The translations under genes and the position numbers were made by a program. From Actinomycetota bacterium (lineage in GTDB: Bacteria > Actinomycetota > Aquicultoria > Subteraquimicrobiales > Subteraquimicrobiaceae), in assembly GCA_030018275.1 (NCBI GenBank), contig JASEGB010000003.1:9600-73599 (forward strand): a stretch of 64,000 nucleotides of DNA. Reading direction: 5' to 3'. Shown here one piece after another: positions 1-9,504 of the stretch. The first letter of the stretch is position 1. Every line of letters begins with the position of its first letter. The notes under the pieces were generated by a model. It saw only the letters and a list, made by a program, of their open reading frames with translations, was not told the origin of the DNA and ran no database searches.

Positions 1-1230
1 AAGGATATCTCCTTTGAGGTCTCAAAGATCGTTCAGACTCTGGATGGAAGATTGATCGTGGGGGATGCTCACAAATTGATATCCGGAAATGTGCTCATTG
101 GAGCCATGCTTCCTCAAACGATGGTTAATTACATCGTACCCGGAGACATCGTGATCGTGGGCGATCGGGAAAGGGCACAGAAAGCAGCTTTAGAGAGAAA
201 GGTTTCGTGCCTGGTGATCACGGGCAATTTCGATCCCCCTCCCGAGATCATACAACTGGCAAAGGACCAAGGAGCGACCATTATCGTTACACCTCATGAT
301 ACATATGCGGCTGCAAGACTCATAAATTTGAGCATCCCCTCGGAGAAAATCATGCAAAGGGAGATATTCACCGTGGAGGAAGAGGATTTGTTGAGCGAAG
401 TGACCGAGGATGTGATGACTTCCGAACACAGGCAGGCCCTGGTCGTCGATTCCGAAAATCGCCTCATGGGAATCTTAACCCGAAGCGATCTCGTAAATCC
501 CATTCCAAGGAAAGTCATCCTGGTGGATCACAATGAGATAAAGCAATCCGCCGATGGCATAGAGCAGGCGAATATCTTGGAGATAATTGATCACCATCGG
601 TTAGGAGATGTACAGACCAAGGAGCCCATTTTGGTCGTAAACAAACCCCTTGGTTCCACGGCGACCATCATTTGGAGAAGATTTAGGGAGCTCGGTGTGG
701 AAATCCCTAGCGAGATTGCCGGTATCTTGATGGCATCCATCCTCTCGGACACCGTTCTTTTTAAATCGCCGACGACCACCGAAGAGGATAAGATGGCCGC
801 CGAAGAATTGGCGAAAATTGCCAGGATTGAGGATCCCATCGAACTTGGGATTCGAATGTACCATGAATCCTCAGAGATAGTTTCCATGAAATCTAAGGAT
901 TTGATATTCGCGGATTTTAAGACCTACAACTTTGGGGATTTAAGAGTGGGGATAGGACAGGTGGAAACGATCGATTCCAATATCATATTAAAGAACAAAG
1001 CTGAGATATTACAGACCATGGAGCAAATTCGCCTGGATAAAGAGTTCGACATATTGGTACTGATGCTCACGGATATCATGGAAGAGGGGACAGAACTCTT
1101 GGCTGTGGGTAAGACGAGGTTTATAGAAAGAGCTTTTGGAAGAAAGTTGGAGCATGGAAAGATGTTTCTCCCCGGTGTTATCTCCAGGAAAAAGCAGGTC
1201 GCTCCACCATTGGCAAAAGCCATTGGATAA
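1..1230 (+). CDS. CBS-domain-containing family II (DHH/DHHA2) inorganic pyrophosphatase, N-terminus cut by window edge
   Basis: Frame 1 is open from base 1. The protein has a DRTGG-like segment, a CBS pair, DHH motifs (ILVDHNE, IIDHHRLGD) and a DHHA2-like C-terminus. Confidence 0.6.
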   Translation, partial: KDISFEVSKIVQTLDGRLIVGDAHKLISGNVLIGAMLPQTMVNYIVPGDIVIVGDRERAQKAALERKVSCLVITGNFDPPPEIIQLAKDQGATIIVTPHDTYAAARLINLSIPSEKIMQREIFTVEEEDLLSEVTEDVMTSEHRQALVVDSENRLMGILTRSDLVNPIPRKVILVDHNEIKQSADGIEQANILEIIDHHRLGDVQTKEPILVVNKPLGSTATIIWRRFRELGVEIPSEIAGILMASILSDTVLFKSPTTTEEDKMAAEELAKIARIEDPIELGIRMYHESSEIVSMKSKDLIFADFKTYNFGDLRVGIGQVETIDSNIILKNKAEILQTMEQIRLDKEFDILVLMLTDIMEEGTELLAVGKTRFIERAFGRKLEHGKMFLPGVISRKKQVAPPLAKAIG

Positions 1231-1315
1231 GCTTCCTTTTGCCTATTCCTTATTAAAGAGCAAGGCGGATATGTCGATTATATTTAAAGAGTAGTATTAT
1301 TCTGGGGGAATTAAA

Positions 1316-1849
1316 ATGAGATGGTATGTGAAAAAATTCTCTGAATTTTTCGATGAATGGCGGAAAGGGGAGCTTTATCTGAAAAATGGCCAGAGCTATA
1401 TGGGAACCGTGGAGGAGTTCACGGTAGATGGCGATTTCAAGGAAAGCAAAATCGAATTTAAATACGAAAAGGGAGAGAAAGCCATTCCCCTCAAGGATAT
1501 AAAGCATTTCCGGGTTTTAAACGGTCCCATCTTAAATATCGAAAAGTATTTGAACATAATTGAGCTGGCGAAACAAAGTGAGGAGCAAAAGGAAGAGTCG
1601 GATGAAAAAGGGTTGGTCTGTGTAGCCTTTGGCCTTGAATTTTACACCTCAAAGAAAGTGGCCAATTTACTCAAATCCAATGTAAAGGATATTTTATTCA
1701 CCGGATTAAAGAATTTGCCCCTTTTGATGATCAAGGATCAACCCGCTGTTGACATGACCCCCACTTTTACCTCTTCGATTAAAAAATTGAAATCCATACT
1801 TGGGGTCAGACCTCGCCACCCCCATTTACCAGGCACAATAAATTCTTAA
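1316..1849 (+). CDS. hypothetical protein
   Basis: 177-aa ORF between two repeat-bearing intergenic regions; no recognisable motifs. Confidence 0.35.
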   Translation: MRWYVKKFSEFFDEWRKGELYLKNGQSYMGTVEEFTVDGDFKESKIEFKYEKGEKAIPLKDIKHFRVLNGPILNIEKYLNIIELAKQSEEQKEESDEKGLVCVAFGLEFYTSKKVANLLKSNVKDILFTGLKNLPLLMIKDQPAVDMTPTFTSSIKKLKSILGVRPRHPHLPGTINS

Positions 1850-1907
1850 TCCCAATTTTTATACTCCAATGCGGACTTAGAGCCACTCTGTGTGTTAAAA
1901 ATTCACC

Positions 1908-1976
1908 AGTAGTGCTAAAATGAGAGATAATTTTTGCGGGGGACCCATAGGGGCAAGCTAAGCCCCCGCACTACTT
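1908..1976 (+). promoter_or_regulatory. structured hairpin in the 5' leader of the homocysteine/methionine cassette; candidate attenuator or riboswitch-like element
   Basis: Perfect 8-bp stem TGCGGGGG(1935-1942)/CCCCCGCA(1963-1970) with a 20-nt loop, nested in an outer complementarity AGTAGTGC(1908-1915)/GCACTACT. It lies 70 nt upstream of the DUF39 gene. Confidence 0.25.
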
Positions 1977-1984
1977 GATAACTA

Positions 1985-2025
1985 GCACGGTTAACCGTGA
2001 ACAGTGAACCATGAATGGTGAACCA
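1985..2025. repeat. REP-like module A (GTGAAC-N-GTGAAC repeats)
   Basis: ggttaaccgtgaacagtgaaccatgaatggtgaacc; the same module recurs at 4868-4915, 9241-9280 (inverted) and 24806-24840. Confidence 0.6.
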
Positions 2026-2043
2026 AAATAAGGGGGTGTCTCT

Positions 2044-3207
2044 ATGTCCAAGACTTACCAGGAGATAAACGAAAAAATAAAAAAAGGTCAGGCCGTTGTG
2101 GTTACCGCCGAGGAGATCATCGACCTTGTTGCCGAAAAGGGCACCCAGTGGGTTGCCAGGGAGGTCGATGTGGTGACTACAGCGACCTTTGGTCCAATGT
2201 GTTCTACGGGTGCTTTCATCAATTTCGGTCACGCCGACCCTCCCATAAAGATGGCGAGGGTATGGTTAAATGATGTCCCAGCTTATACTGGTATTGCTGC
2301 GGTCGATGCCTATATTGGGGCCACGGAGCTTTCCGAAACTCAAGGTTTGAGTTATGGTGGAGCACACGTAATCGAGGACTTAATCGTGGGAAAGTCCGTA
2401 AAACTGAAGGCTGTGGCATACGGCACGGATTGCTATCCCCGCAAGGATATAGAAACCTATATTACGAAGGATGACATCAATCAGGCATATTTATATAACC
2501 CCAGGAATTCCTATCAGAATTATTGTGTCGCCGTGAATTCATCCGATAGGACGATCTTCACATATATGGGTATACTCCTCCCCAAGATAGGAAATGCCAC
2601 CTATTCCAGCGCCGGACAGCTCAGCCCTTTACTTAACGATCCCTATTATCGGACGATTAGCATCGGAACTAGGATCTTCTTAGCTGGAGCCATTGGTTAC
2701 GTTGCCTGGGAGGGAACCCAGCACAACCCGGTTCAAGAAAGGGCACCGCATGGAATCCCAATTGGCTCGGCGGGTACCCTTGCTCTCATTGGAGATTTGA
2801 AACAGATGAGCACCAATTACATTAGAGCCGCGAACTTTTATAGGTATGGAACAACCATATACGTGGGGGTGGGCATCCCCATTCCCATATTGGATGAGGA
2901 AATGGTAGAATTTGTGAAAGTGAGCGATGCGGAAATTTATACCACCATCATCGATTATGGCGTCCCTCGTCGATCAAGACCCATGCTGGGGAAGGTGAGC
3001 TATGGGGAGCTCAGGAGTGGAGAGATCACAATTAAAGGCAAGAAGGTACCCACCGCGCCCCTGTCGAGCTATGCCAAGGCACGGGAGATCGCCAACGCCC
3101 TAAAATCCTTGATTCGAGAGGGGAAATTCCTGCTTCAGGAACCCATCGAAAGACTTTCTTTGGAAAGAACCTTCAAACCTCTGGAGATTTCAAGGGAGGG
3201 GATATAA
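2044..3207 (+). CDS. homocysteine biosynthesis protein, DUF39/COG1900 family (sulfide-dependent route)
   Basis: 387-aa ORF in the DUF39 size range, immediately followed by a small NIL/ferredoxin gene, the pairing described in methanogens. Confidence 0.55.
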   Translation: MSKTYQEINEKIKKGQAVVVTAEEIIDLVAEKGTQWVAREVDVVTTATFGPMCSTGAFINFGHADPPIKMARVWLNDVPAYTGIAAVDAYIGATELSETQGLSYGGAHVIEDLIVGKSVKLKAVAYGTDCYPRKDIETYITKDDINQAYLYNPRNSYQNYCVAVNSSDRTIFTYMGILLPKIGNATYSSAGQLSPLLNDPYYRTISIGTRIFLAGAIGYVAWEGTQHNPVQERAPHGIPIGSAGTLALIGDLKQMSTNYIRAANFYRYGTTIYVGVGIPIPILDEEMVEFVKVSDAEIYTTIIDYGVPRRSRPMLGKVSYGELRSGEITIKGKKVPTAPLSSYAKAREIANALKSLIREGKFLLQEPIERLSLERTFKPLEISREGI

Positions 3208-3615
3208 GTGGTTCGGAAAAAACTCGTATTGACCTTTCCTCCTGAAAGAGTGGATAAACCTATAACCTACCATTTGGTCAAGGATTTCGATCTCGTCATC
3301 AACATCCTCCGAGCTGAAATTCACGAAGAAGAAGTGGGAAGAATGGTCCTCGATGTGGAAGGAGATGAAGAAAGGATAAATCAAGGAATTGCCTATTTAA
3401 AAAGCCAGGATGTTAAGGTTCAGGAGGCTGCAAGGGATATCACACTCGATGAGTCGAGGTGTGTGGATTGCGGAGCATGCACGGCGGTTTGCCTCCCCAA
3501 AGCGTTACGTCTAAATAACGAGACTTGGAAGTTGGAGTTTGACAAGGAAAAATGCATCTTTTGTGAATTGTGCGTGAAATCCTGCCCTCTGGGAGTTATC
3601 GAGATTAAATTTTAA
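3208..3615 (+). CDS. NIL-domain / 2x[4Fe-4S] ferredoxin protein (COG2122-like partner of DUF39)
   Basis: C-terminal CVDCGACTAVCLP and CIFCELCVKSCP ferredoxin motifs; translationally coupled to the upstream gene. Confidence 0.55.
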   Translation: MVRKKLVLTFPPERVDKPITYHLVKDFDLVINILRAEIHEEEVGRMVLDVEGDEERINQGIAYLKSQDVKVQEAARDITLDESRCVDCGACTAVCLPKALRLNNETWKLEFDKEKCIFCELCVKSCPLGVIEIKF

Positions 3616-3636
3616 CGGGAAGCATTAAAGGGGAAG

Positions 3637-4692
3637 GTGAACTCGGTGGTGGGATTTAAACCATGTTGCATACCAACGGCAATTGGGAGTATGCCCCATA
3701 CCGATGCAAAAAGGGCTTGCCAGATCGTATTGGAAAATTTTCCAGAGGTACCCGTTTGGCCTCAGCTGCCACGTCTATCCCTTCGAGAGAATATGTACAT
3801 CCAATACAGCGAAGGCATGCCCTGTGTAGTTATGGATGAGCAAAGACATCGAATCTTCTTCGACACATCAGTGGATGTCACCTCAAAAATTGAGAAATTT
3901 TATGAAAGATATCTCGCTAAGGATATCGAAGCCTTTGCTCTAACCCCCGATTACGCCCAGGGCTTTCACGTCTTCGTCGATATCTTGAAGAAAAGTAGAC
4001 CAAAGGAGCTCAGGTTGCTCAAGGGACAGGTCACTGGTCCCATTAGCTTTGGCTTAACCGTAACCGATGAGAATAAGAAGGCGATTATATACAATGAGGC
4101 GATCTTCGATACCGTATTGAAGACCCTTGCCCTAAAAGCGAAATGGCAGGAGAGAGAGTTCACCCAAATTGCCCCAGAGGATGTTGGAACACTCATCTTC
4201 TTCGATGAGCCCTACCTGGTTTCCTTCGGCTCAGCCTTTGTCAGCTTGCAGAGAGACCAGGTTATCAATTATCTCAATGAGTGCGTGGGTACCATTGATG
4301 GTTTGAGTGGTGTTCACTGTTGTGGACGGACCGACTGGGCAATTCTCATGGATACTAAGGTGGATGTGGTAAGCTTCGATGCCTATAACTACTTCGAGAG
4401 CTTGACGCTATACCCCAAGGAATTGAAGGAATTCCTTGAGCGTGGCGGTCTTTTGGCTTGGGGGATTGTTCCTACCTCGGAGGATATCGCCGGGGAAAGC
4501 ACTGAAAGCCTGATGAAGAGATTCGAATCGAACATCGATCTTTTGGGTAATAAGGGTATAGATAAGGAGCTCTTACTCCAATCTTCCTTCGTGACGCCGA
4601 GCTGTGGAACGGGTTCTCTCCCGGTTGAACTCGCCGAGAGGGTACTCAATCTCACAAGGAGTCTCTCAAAGGCGATGAGAGAGAAGTACTGA
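3637..4692 (+). CDS. cobalamin-independent methionine synthase catalytic-domain protein (core-MetE-like, about 350 aa)
   Basis: N-terminal TAIGSMPHT resembles the MetE IGSFPQT motif. GVHCCG and TPSCGTG resemble the MetE zinc-ligand motifs. It sits next to the homocysteine genes. Confidence 0.5.
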   Translation: MNSVVGFKPCCIPTAIGSMPHTDAKRACQIVLENFPEVPVWPQLPRLSLRENMYIQYSEGMPCVVMDEQRHRIFFDTSVDVTSKIEKFYERYLAKDIEAFALTPDYAQGFHVFVDILKKSRPKELRLLKGQVTGPISFGLTVTDENKKAIIYNEAIFDTVLKTLALKAKWQEREFTQIAPEDVGTLIFFDEPYLVSFGSAFVSLQRDQVINYLNECVGTIDGLSGVHCCGRTDWAILMDTKVDVVSFDAYNYFESLTLYPKELKEFLERGGLLAWGIVPTSEDIAGESTESLMKRFESNIDLLGNKGIDKELLLQSSFVTPSCGTGSLPVELAERVLNLTRSLSKAMREKY

Positions 4693-4720
4693 ATTCCTCT
4701 CCAGGATGCCCGCCGTCCCA

Positions 4721-4915
4721 CAAAAATATGAGCTTAATCTCGATATAATCACTACGCATGTCATAATTTCAAAATTACTGTTTAATGCTCCCCGACGAGT
4801 CGGGGCGACGCCGTCGCTCACACTCGCTCGTGCGAGGCCATGAGCCAAGTTTATGGTTTTATGACTTAACTTAATTACTGTGAACCGTGAACGGTCAACT
4901 GTGAACGGTGAATTA
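4721..4915. repeat. composite intergenic repeat (modules C + E + A)
   Basis: aaaaatatgagcttaatctcgatataat is shared with 24783-24815. The hairpin ccccgacgagtcgggg plus gcgacgccgtcgctcacactcgct...caagtttatgg is shared with 28310-28435. The gtgaaccgtgaacggt module follows. Confidence 0.6.
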
Positions 4916-5071
4916 CGCTTTTGCTTTGGGCTTGAGATTGGAGGTAAAATAGGATTAGTTCCAAACTAGCATACAAAAACTTAAAACAAGCTTTTGACCA
5001 GGTCATTCTAAAATTCTTAAGAATATTGGAATATAAAATGGAAAAATTAGGAAGAAAATGTAAGACATTAT

Positions 5072-6841
5072 ATGTTGGGGGGAACGATGGATTACGAGCT
5101 CATTGCCGAGGCTTATGAGAAGATCGAGCGTACAAGCAAAAGATTGGAGATGACCGATTACCTAGTGGATCTAGTCAGGAGAACCCCTAAAGAAGCTATA
5201 GGTAAGGTGGTCTACCTCACTCAAGGAAAACTATACCCTGATTATATGGGCATAGAGATCGGAATAGCCGAGAAGCTGGCCATAAGGGCAGTTACCTTAG
5301 CCGCAGATGTTGGTGAGGACAAGGTCAAAAAGAGCTATAGGGAAACCGGCGATTTGGGGGAGACCATCCAAAGGATTCTTGAGGGGAAAGCACATCATGT
5401 GGAAAAACCCCTCACCGTGGAAGAGGTCTATGAAACGTTGGATAAGATGGCCAAAACCACGGGATCGGGCACTATCGAAATGAAGATGAATTTACTCTCC
5501 TCTCTACTTAAGAAAGCAAAGCCAAAGGAGGCAAAGTACATCATCCGAACGGTCACGGGCAAGCTCAGATTGGGAATCGCCGATATGACCATGCTCGATG
5601 CACTGGCCATCGTCTACGCCGGAGGAAAGCATTTTCGGGGGGAAGTGGAAAGGGCCTACAATATCTCCTCGGATTTGGGGGAGGTTGCCAGTACCATCGC
5701 CAAGGGTGGGCTAAAAGGGATAAGAAAGTTTGGAGTCCACGTGGGGAAGCCCATCCGACCGATGCTCGCGGAGAGACTCCCCTCGGCTCAAGGGATATTG
5801 GATAAAATGGGGGGGAGCTGCGCGGTGGAGTATAAATACGATGGCGAGAGAATCCAAATCCACAAAAAGGGGGATGAAGTCTTCCTTTTCTCCCGAAGGT
5901 TGGAAAATATCACCCATCAATATCCAGACGTTTTGGAGCTGGTGCGGAAAAATATAAGAGCCAAAGAGGCTATAATCGAGTGCGAGTGTGTAGCTGTGGA
6001 TTTGGATACCGGGGAGATGAAACCCTTTCAGGAACTCATGCACAGGCGCAGGAAATATGGGATTGAACAGGCAATGGAGGAGTACCCCGTCTCAATTTTT
6101 GCCTTCGACGCCCTTTATGTTGATGGAAGGGATTTAACCCTTTGTTCTTATCCCGAAAGGAGAAAGACGCTGGAAAAGATCGTAAGGATAAATGATAGAG
6201 TCAGTTTAACACCTTACCTTGTGACCAACGATGTTGAAGAGTTGGAGAAGTTCTTTGAGAAAGCAATCGAGGATGGTTGCGAGGGTTTGGTTTGTAAAGC
6301 CACCGGTCCCCATGCGATCTATCAGGCGGGAGCAAGGGGCTGGCTGTGGATAAAGTACAAGCGCGAATACAAGAGTGAGATGACGGACACCGTTGATCTA
6401 GTCGTTGTCGGTGCCTTTCATGGGAGAGGTAAGAGGGCTGGAACTTATGGTGCTCTGCTTCTGGCAGCATACGATCCGGAAGGGGACATCTTTCCCACGG
6501 TGACGAAGTGCGGAACAGGCTTTACCGACAAGGATCTCGCCGAATTACCGGGCAAACTGGGAAAGTATAGGATCTCCCATAAGCATCCGAGAGTTGGCTC
6601 ACTAATTGAGGCGGATGTGTGGTTTACCCCCGGTTTCGTTTTGGAAACCATCGGTGCCGAGATCACCTTGAGTCCGGTTCATACCTGCGCCTTGAATAAG
6701 ATCAGGAGGGAAAGCGGTCTAGCCATCAGATTCCCCCGGTTCACGGGCAATTTTAGATTCGATAAGGCTCCTGAAGATGCTACAACGGTACAGGAAATTG
6801 TGGAGATGTACCAGAGTAGGTTAAGAAAAGTCTCAGCTTGA
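5072..6841 (+). CDS. ATP-dependent DNA ligase (archaeal/eukaryotic Lig type)
   Basis: Adenylation motif I (VEYKYDGERIQI) and 589 aa including an N-terminal DNA-binding domain. Confidence 0.8.
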   Translation: MLGGTMDYELIAEAYEKIERTSKRLEMTDYLVDLVRRTPKEAIGKVVYLTQGKLYPDYMGIEIGIAEKLAIRAVTLAADVGEDKVKKSYRETGDLGETIQRILEGKAHHVEKPLTVEEVYETLDKMAKTTGSGTIEMKMNLLSSLLKKAKPKEAKYIIRTVTGKLRLGIADMTMLDALAIVYAGGKHFRGEVERAYNISSDLGEVASTIAKGGLKGIRKFGVHVGKPIRPMLAERLPSAQGILDKMGGSCAVEYKYDGERIQIHKKGDEVFLFSRRLENITHQYPDVLELVRKNIRAKEAIIECECVAVDLDTGEMKPFQELMHRRRKYGIEQAMEEYPVSIFAFDALYVDGRDLTLCSYPERRKTLEKIVRINDRVSLTPYLVTNDVEELEKFFEKAIEDGCEGLVCKATGPHAIYQAGARGWLWIKYKREYKSEMTDTVDLVVVGAFHGRGKRAGTYGALLLAAYDPEGDIFPTVTKCGTGFTDKDLAELPGKLGKYRISHKHPRVGSLIEADVWFTPGFVLETIGAEITLSPVHTCALNKIRRESGLAIRFPRFTGNFRFDKAPEDATTVQEIVEMYQSRLRKVSA

Positions 6842-6907
6842 TTCCAAAAAAGGAACAACTTTTAGCTTGTCAATTTTCTACTACTGGCTCTCCTGTGTCT
6901 GGTTTCC

Positions 6908-7753
6908 ATGTGGTTGCTTGAGGGAGTAGGATTCGGTCTTTTAATTCATGGAGTGGGTAAATTTATTCCATTTTTAAGCCTGGTTAGGATTTTTTTAGCC
7001 AGCAATTTTGTGGGTTTTGTTACTCCCTTCGGCTCAGGGGGAGTGCCCACGCAGATTTATCTTCTAACAAAGAAGGGACTCTCTGCTGGGGAATCAACGG
7101 CTGTAGTATCCACTAGAGCTCTTTTATCCTCCTGGTTTTTTGGTATTATTGGACCGGTAGTCTTTTTCTTGCTGCGCCCTCATTTGTCTCTTAGATCTTC
7201 TTGGATTGATTTTTTTGGCCCCACACTTGTAGCTTTATTTTTATTTACACTCCTATTTCTTTATCTTCTGTGGAGACCACAGAAAGGGGGACATCTTGCC
7301 TCTGCCTGCTGCAATTGGTCTCCCTTGGTAAGGTGTTTTGGAACCGAGCGTATGAAAAGAATCCAAACCTCCATTGCTCATGAGATTGAGAAGTTACATC
7401 AAGGTCTCTCACTTCTCTTTCGCTCCAATTTTTTGATGGTCCTGGCTGTTGCCGGCTGTATAATTTTATGTTGGCTACTTTTGTTTGCGATTGCACCTTT
7501 GTTGCTTTTGGGGTTGAGGGTCAAGATCAATGTGGTACAGGTCCTCTTTTACCAATTTGTATTATTTTTCCTCATTCCTCTTTCGCCCACGCCAGGAGGT
7601 AGTGGAGCAGCGGAGCTAGGATTTGCCGCCTTACTAGCTTCTCTAGTTCCCAAACATTTATTAGCGGTTTTTGTTTTGTTATGGCGATTTCTAACCTATT
7701 ATCTAAACTTGGTTGTGGGAGGGGCTATTCTAGTTTTATTTTTAAGGAAGTAA
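6908..7753 (+). CDS. UPF0104 / lysyl-phosphatidylglycerol-synthase TM-domain-like membrane protein
   Basis: Polytopic membrane protein with FGSGGVP and TPGGSGAAELGF motifs typical of UPF0104. Confidence 0.45.
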   Translation: MWLLEGVGFGLLIHGVGKFIPFLSLVRIFLASNFVGFVTPFGSGGVPTQIYLLTKKGLSAGESTAVVSTRALLSSWFFGIIGPVVFFLLRPHLSLRSSWIDFFGPTLVALFLFTLLFLYLLWRPQKGGHLASACCNWSPLVRCFGTERMKRIQTSIAHEIEKLHQGLSLLFRSNFLMVLAVAGCIILCWLLLFAIAPLLLLGLRVKINVVQVLFYQFVLFFLIPLSPTPGGSGAAELGFAALLASLVPKHLLAVFVLLWRFLTYYLNLVVGGAILVLFLRK

Positions 7754-7776
7754 GTAAACTCTTTAGGAAGGGGGAG

Positions 7777-7956
7777 ATGGCGGTGAGGTATCTTCTAATA
7801 CTTCTGGGCGTTGTGCTGCTCGTTCTTGGTGTGTATGGTATTGCAAGCTTTTGGTGGGACGAATTGTACATCTTAATTAAGGGAGGAGTGGGGCTCCTCC
7901 TTCTCATTGCCGGCCTCATTTCACTAATTTCGGGCATTTCTGATCTACGCCAATGA
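7777..7956 (+). CDS. small two-TM membrane protein (hypothetical)
   Basis: Short hydrophobic ORF starting MAVRYLLILLG downstream of the previous gene. Confidence 0.2.
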   Translation: MAVRYLLILLGVVLLVLGVYGIASFWWDELYILIKGGVGLLLLIAGLISLISGISDLRQ

Positions 7957-8005
7957 GCAAAGTAAGACTTAAGGGGGAGTCTGGGAGGCAGGAAAGAAGG
8001 GGAAA

Positions 8006-9193
8006 TTGTCCAAAGAAGTGGAAAGAGAGAAAGATTTTATCCTCCGGGGAATAACGAAAAATGTTTTCATCCTGGGAATGGTGAGCTTATTCACCGACAT
8101 CAGTAGCGAGATGATATATCCTCTCATTCCCATCTTCTTGACCGCCGTTTTGGGTGCCCCCATGGCCATCGTTGGGGTAATCGAGGGTATTGCAGAGAGT
8201 ACCGCCAGCATCTTGAAGGTATTTTCAGGATGGTTCTCCGACAAATTGGGCAAGCGGCGTTCCTTCATCGTCTCCGGTTATAGCTGTTCCGCTGTGGCCA
8301 AACCGCTTTTAGCTGCGGCTTTCAGTTGGCCGGTGGTCCTGGTCGCCCGCTTCATCGATCGATTCGGTAAAGGGGTAAGGACTTCAGCCAGGGATGCGAT
8401 GATCGCCGATGAAACCAATACCCAGAATCGGGGAAAAGCTTTCGGTTTCCATCGAGCGATGGATACGAGTGGAGCGGTTCTCGGTCCTCTCTTGGCTTTG
8501 GTCCTTTTGACTCTTCTTGAAGAGAATTATCGTCTTATCTTTTTAATCGCTCTCATTCCGGCGGTTACAGCCGTTGTACTCCTACTTTTATTCGTGAAGG
8601 AGAGGGTAAAGATAGCATTGTCCCCTGCTGAAGTGCCGAAGTTCAACTTAGGTCAGTTTGACCGCAGGTTCAAACTCTTTCTCTTAATCATTTTGATCTT
8701 CGGATTGGGTAATTCCAGCGATGTTTTCCTGATCATGCGGGCGAAGAATTTGGGATTCTCAACGATGCTGGTTGTGGTCGCCTATGTGCTTTATAACTCC
8801 GTCTATGCCCTCCTTTCGACTCCAGCAGGGATCCTCTCCGACAGAATTGGACGAAGAAGGGTCATAATGACTGGTTTCTTCATCTTTGCCGCGGTATACT
8901 TCGGTTTCGCCTTCGTGAGGACAAGTATTTACGTTTGGGGACTTTTTGCCATCTACGGATTTTATGTGGCCATGACCGAGGGTGTGAGCAGGGCTTTTGT
9001 CTCGGATTTGGTTCCCACTGAAAAAAGGGGTACGGCTTTGGGTATATTCCATACAACCACTGGGCTGGTAACCTTTGCCGCTAGCTTTATCGCCGGTCTC
9101 TTGTGGACCTACGTGAGTGTCCCCGCGCCCTTCATTTATGGAGGAATTATGGCCGCCCTTGCTGCTATATTATTCTTTAGACTTTTACCTTAA
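8006..9193 (+). CDS. MFS transporter
   Basis: About 12 predicted TM helices; motifs DRFGKG and GRRR between TM2 and TM3 and between TM8 and TM9. Confidence 0.7.
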   Translation: MSKEVEREKDFILRGITKNVFILGMVSLFTDISSEMIYPLIPIFLTAVLGAPMAIVGVIEGIAESTASILKVFSGWFSDKLGKRRSFIVSGYSCSAVAKPLLAAAFSWPVVLVARFIDRFGKGVRTSARDAMIADETNTQNRGKAFGFHRAMDTSGAVLGPLLALVLLTLLEENYRLIFLIALIPAVTAVVLLLLFVKERVKIALSPAEVPKFNLGQFDRRFKLFLLIILIFGLGNSSDVFLIMRAKNLGFSTMLVVVAYVLYNSVYALLSTPAGILSDRIGRRRVIMTGFFIFAAVYFGFAFVRTSIYVWGLFAIYGFYVAMTEGVSRAFVSDLVPTEKRGTALGIFHTTTGLVTFAASFIAGLLWTYVSVPAPFIYGGIMAALAAILFFRLLP

Positions 9194-9211
9194 ACTCTGA
9201 ACCCTAAATGT

Positions 9212-9280
9212 ATTAATCACAGACATTGGTTACACTCTACATGGTTCACCGTTCACGGTTCACAGCTCACAGTAATTATA
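9212..9280. repeat. REP-like modules B + A (inverted copy)
   Basis: tattaatcacagacattggttac is the reverse complement of gtaaccaatgtctg(c/t)gattaata at 24852 and 34924. The following ggttcaccgttcacggttcacagctcac is the reverse complement of the GTGAAC module. Confidence 0.6.
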
Positions 9281-9295
9281 TCAAGATTAAGTTCA

Positions 9296-9500
9296 CATTT
9301 TTAGGACGGGGTATCCTGGAGAGTGCATCTTAAGAGAACCGTTAAGCGAGCAAGGCTCGAACAGCAGCGGCAACGGCCCGACCCGAACTTATGGAGGGTG
9401 TTCGCCCTTAAGAGAGCAGCGAGTAGGCTCGCAGCAGCTAGCACTCGGAAGGATGCCATCGAACAATATAAGTGTTACCAATGCAAAGCAAGGAAAAGGT
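9296..9500. repeat. ~190-bp repeat element D, copy 1 (candidate MITE or structured ncRNA)
   Basis: About 95% identical to the reverse complement of 34706-34900. It contains an internal direct duplication (CTTAAGAGA...GAGCAAGGCTCG versus CTTAAGAGA...GAGTAGGCTCGC) and complementary termini (GGTATCC / GGATGCC). Confidence 0.65.
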
Positions 9501-9504
9501 CAGA

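Noticed and set aside
190-887. Antisense ORFs overlapping the pyrophosphatase gene (190-429, 294-518, 591-887, minus strand) and similar shadow ORFs throughout (e.g. 16334-16744, 25538-25933, 29774-30169, 52166-52495)
   Set aside because: They lie inside strongly supported CDSs on the opposite strand and have no family signatures, so they are frame-shadow artefacts.
1921-2043. SAM-I (S-box) riboswitch upstream of the methionine cassette
   Set aside because: No match to the S-box core (CUUAUCAAGAG...GGnGGAGGGA). Only a generic hairpin is present, kept as a low-confidence regulatory feature.
9296-9500. 6S RNA (about 185 nt, closed by terminal pairing)
   Set aside because: Two near-identical inverted copies and an internal direct duplication fit a repeat element better. 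No central-bubble architecture could be verified by eye.
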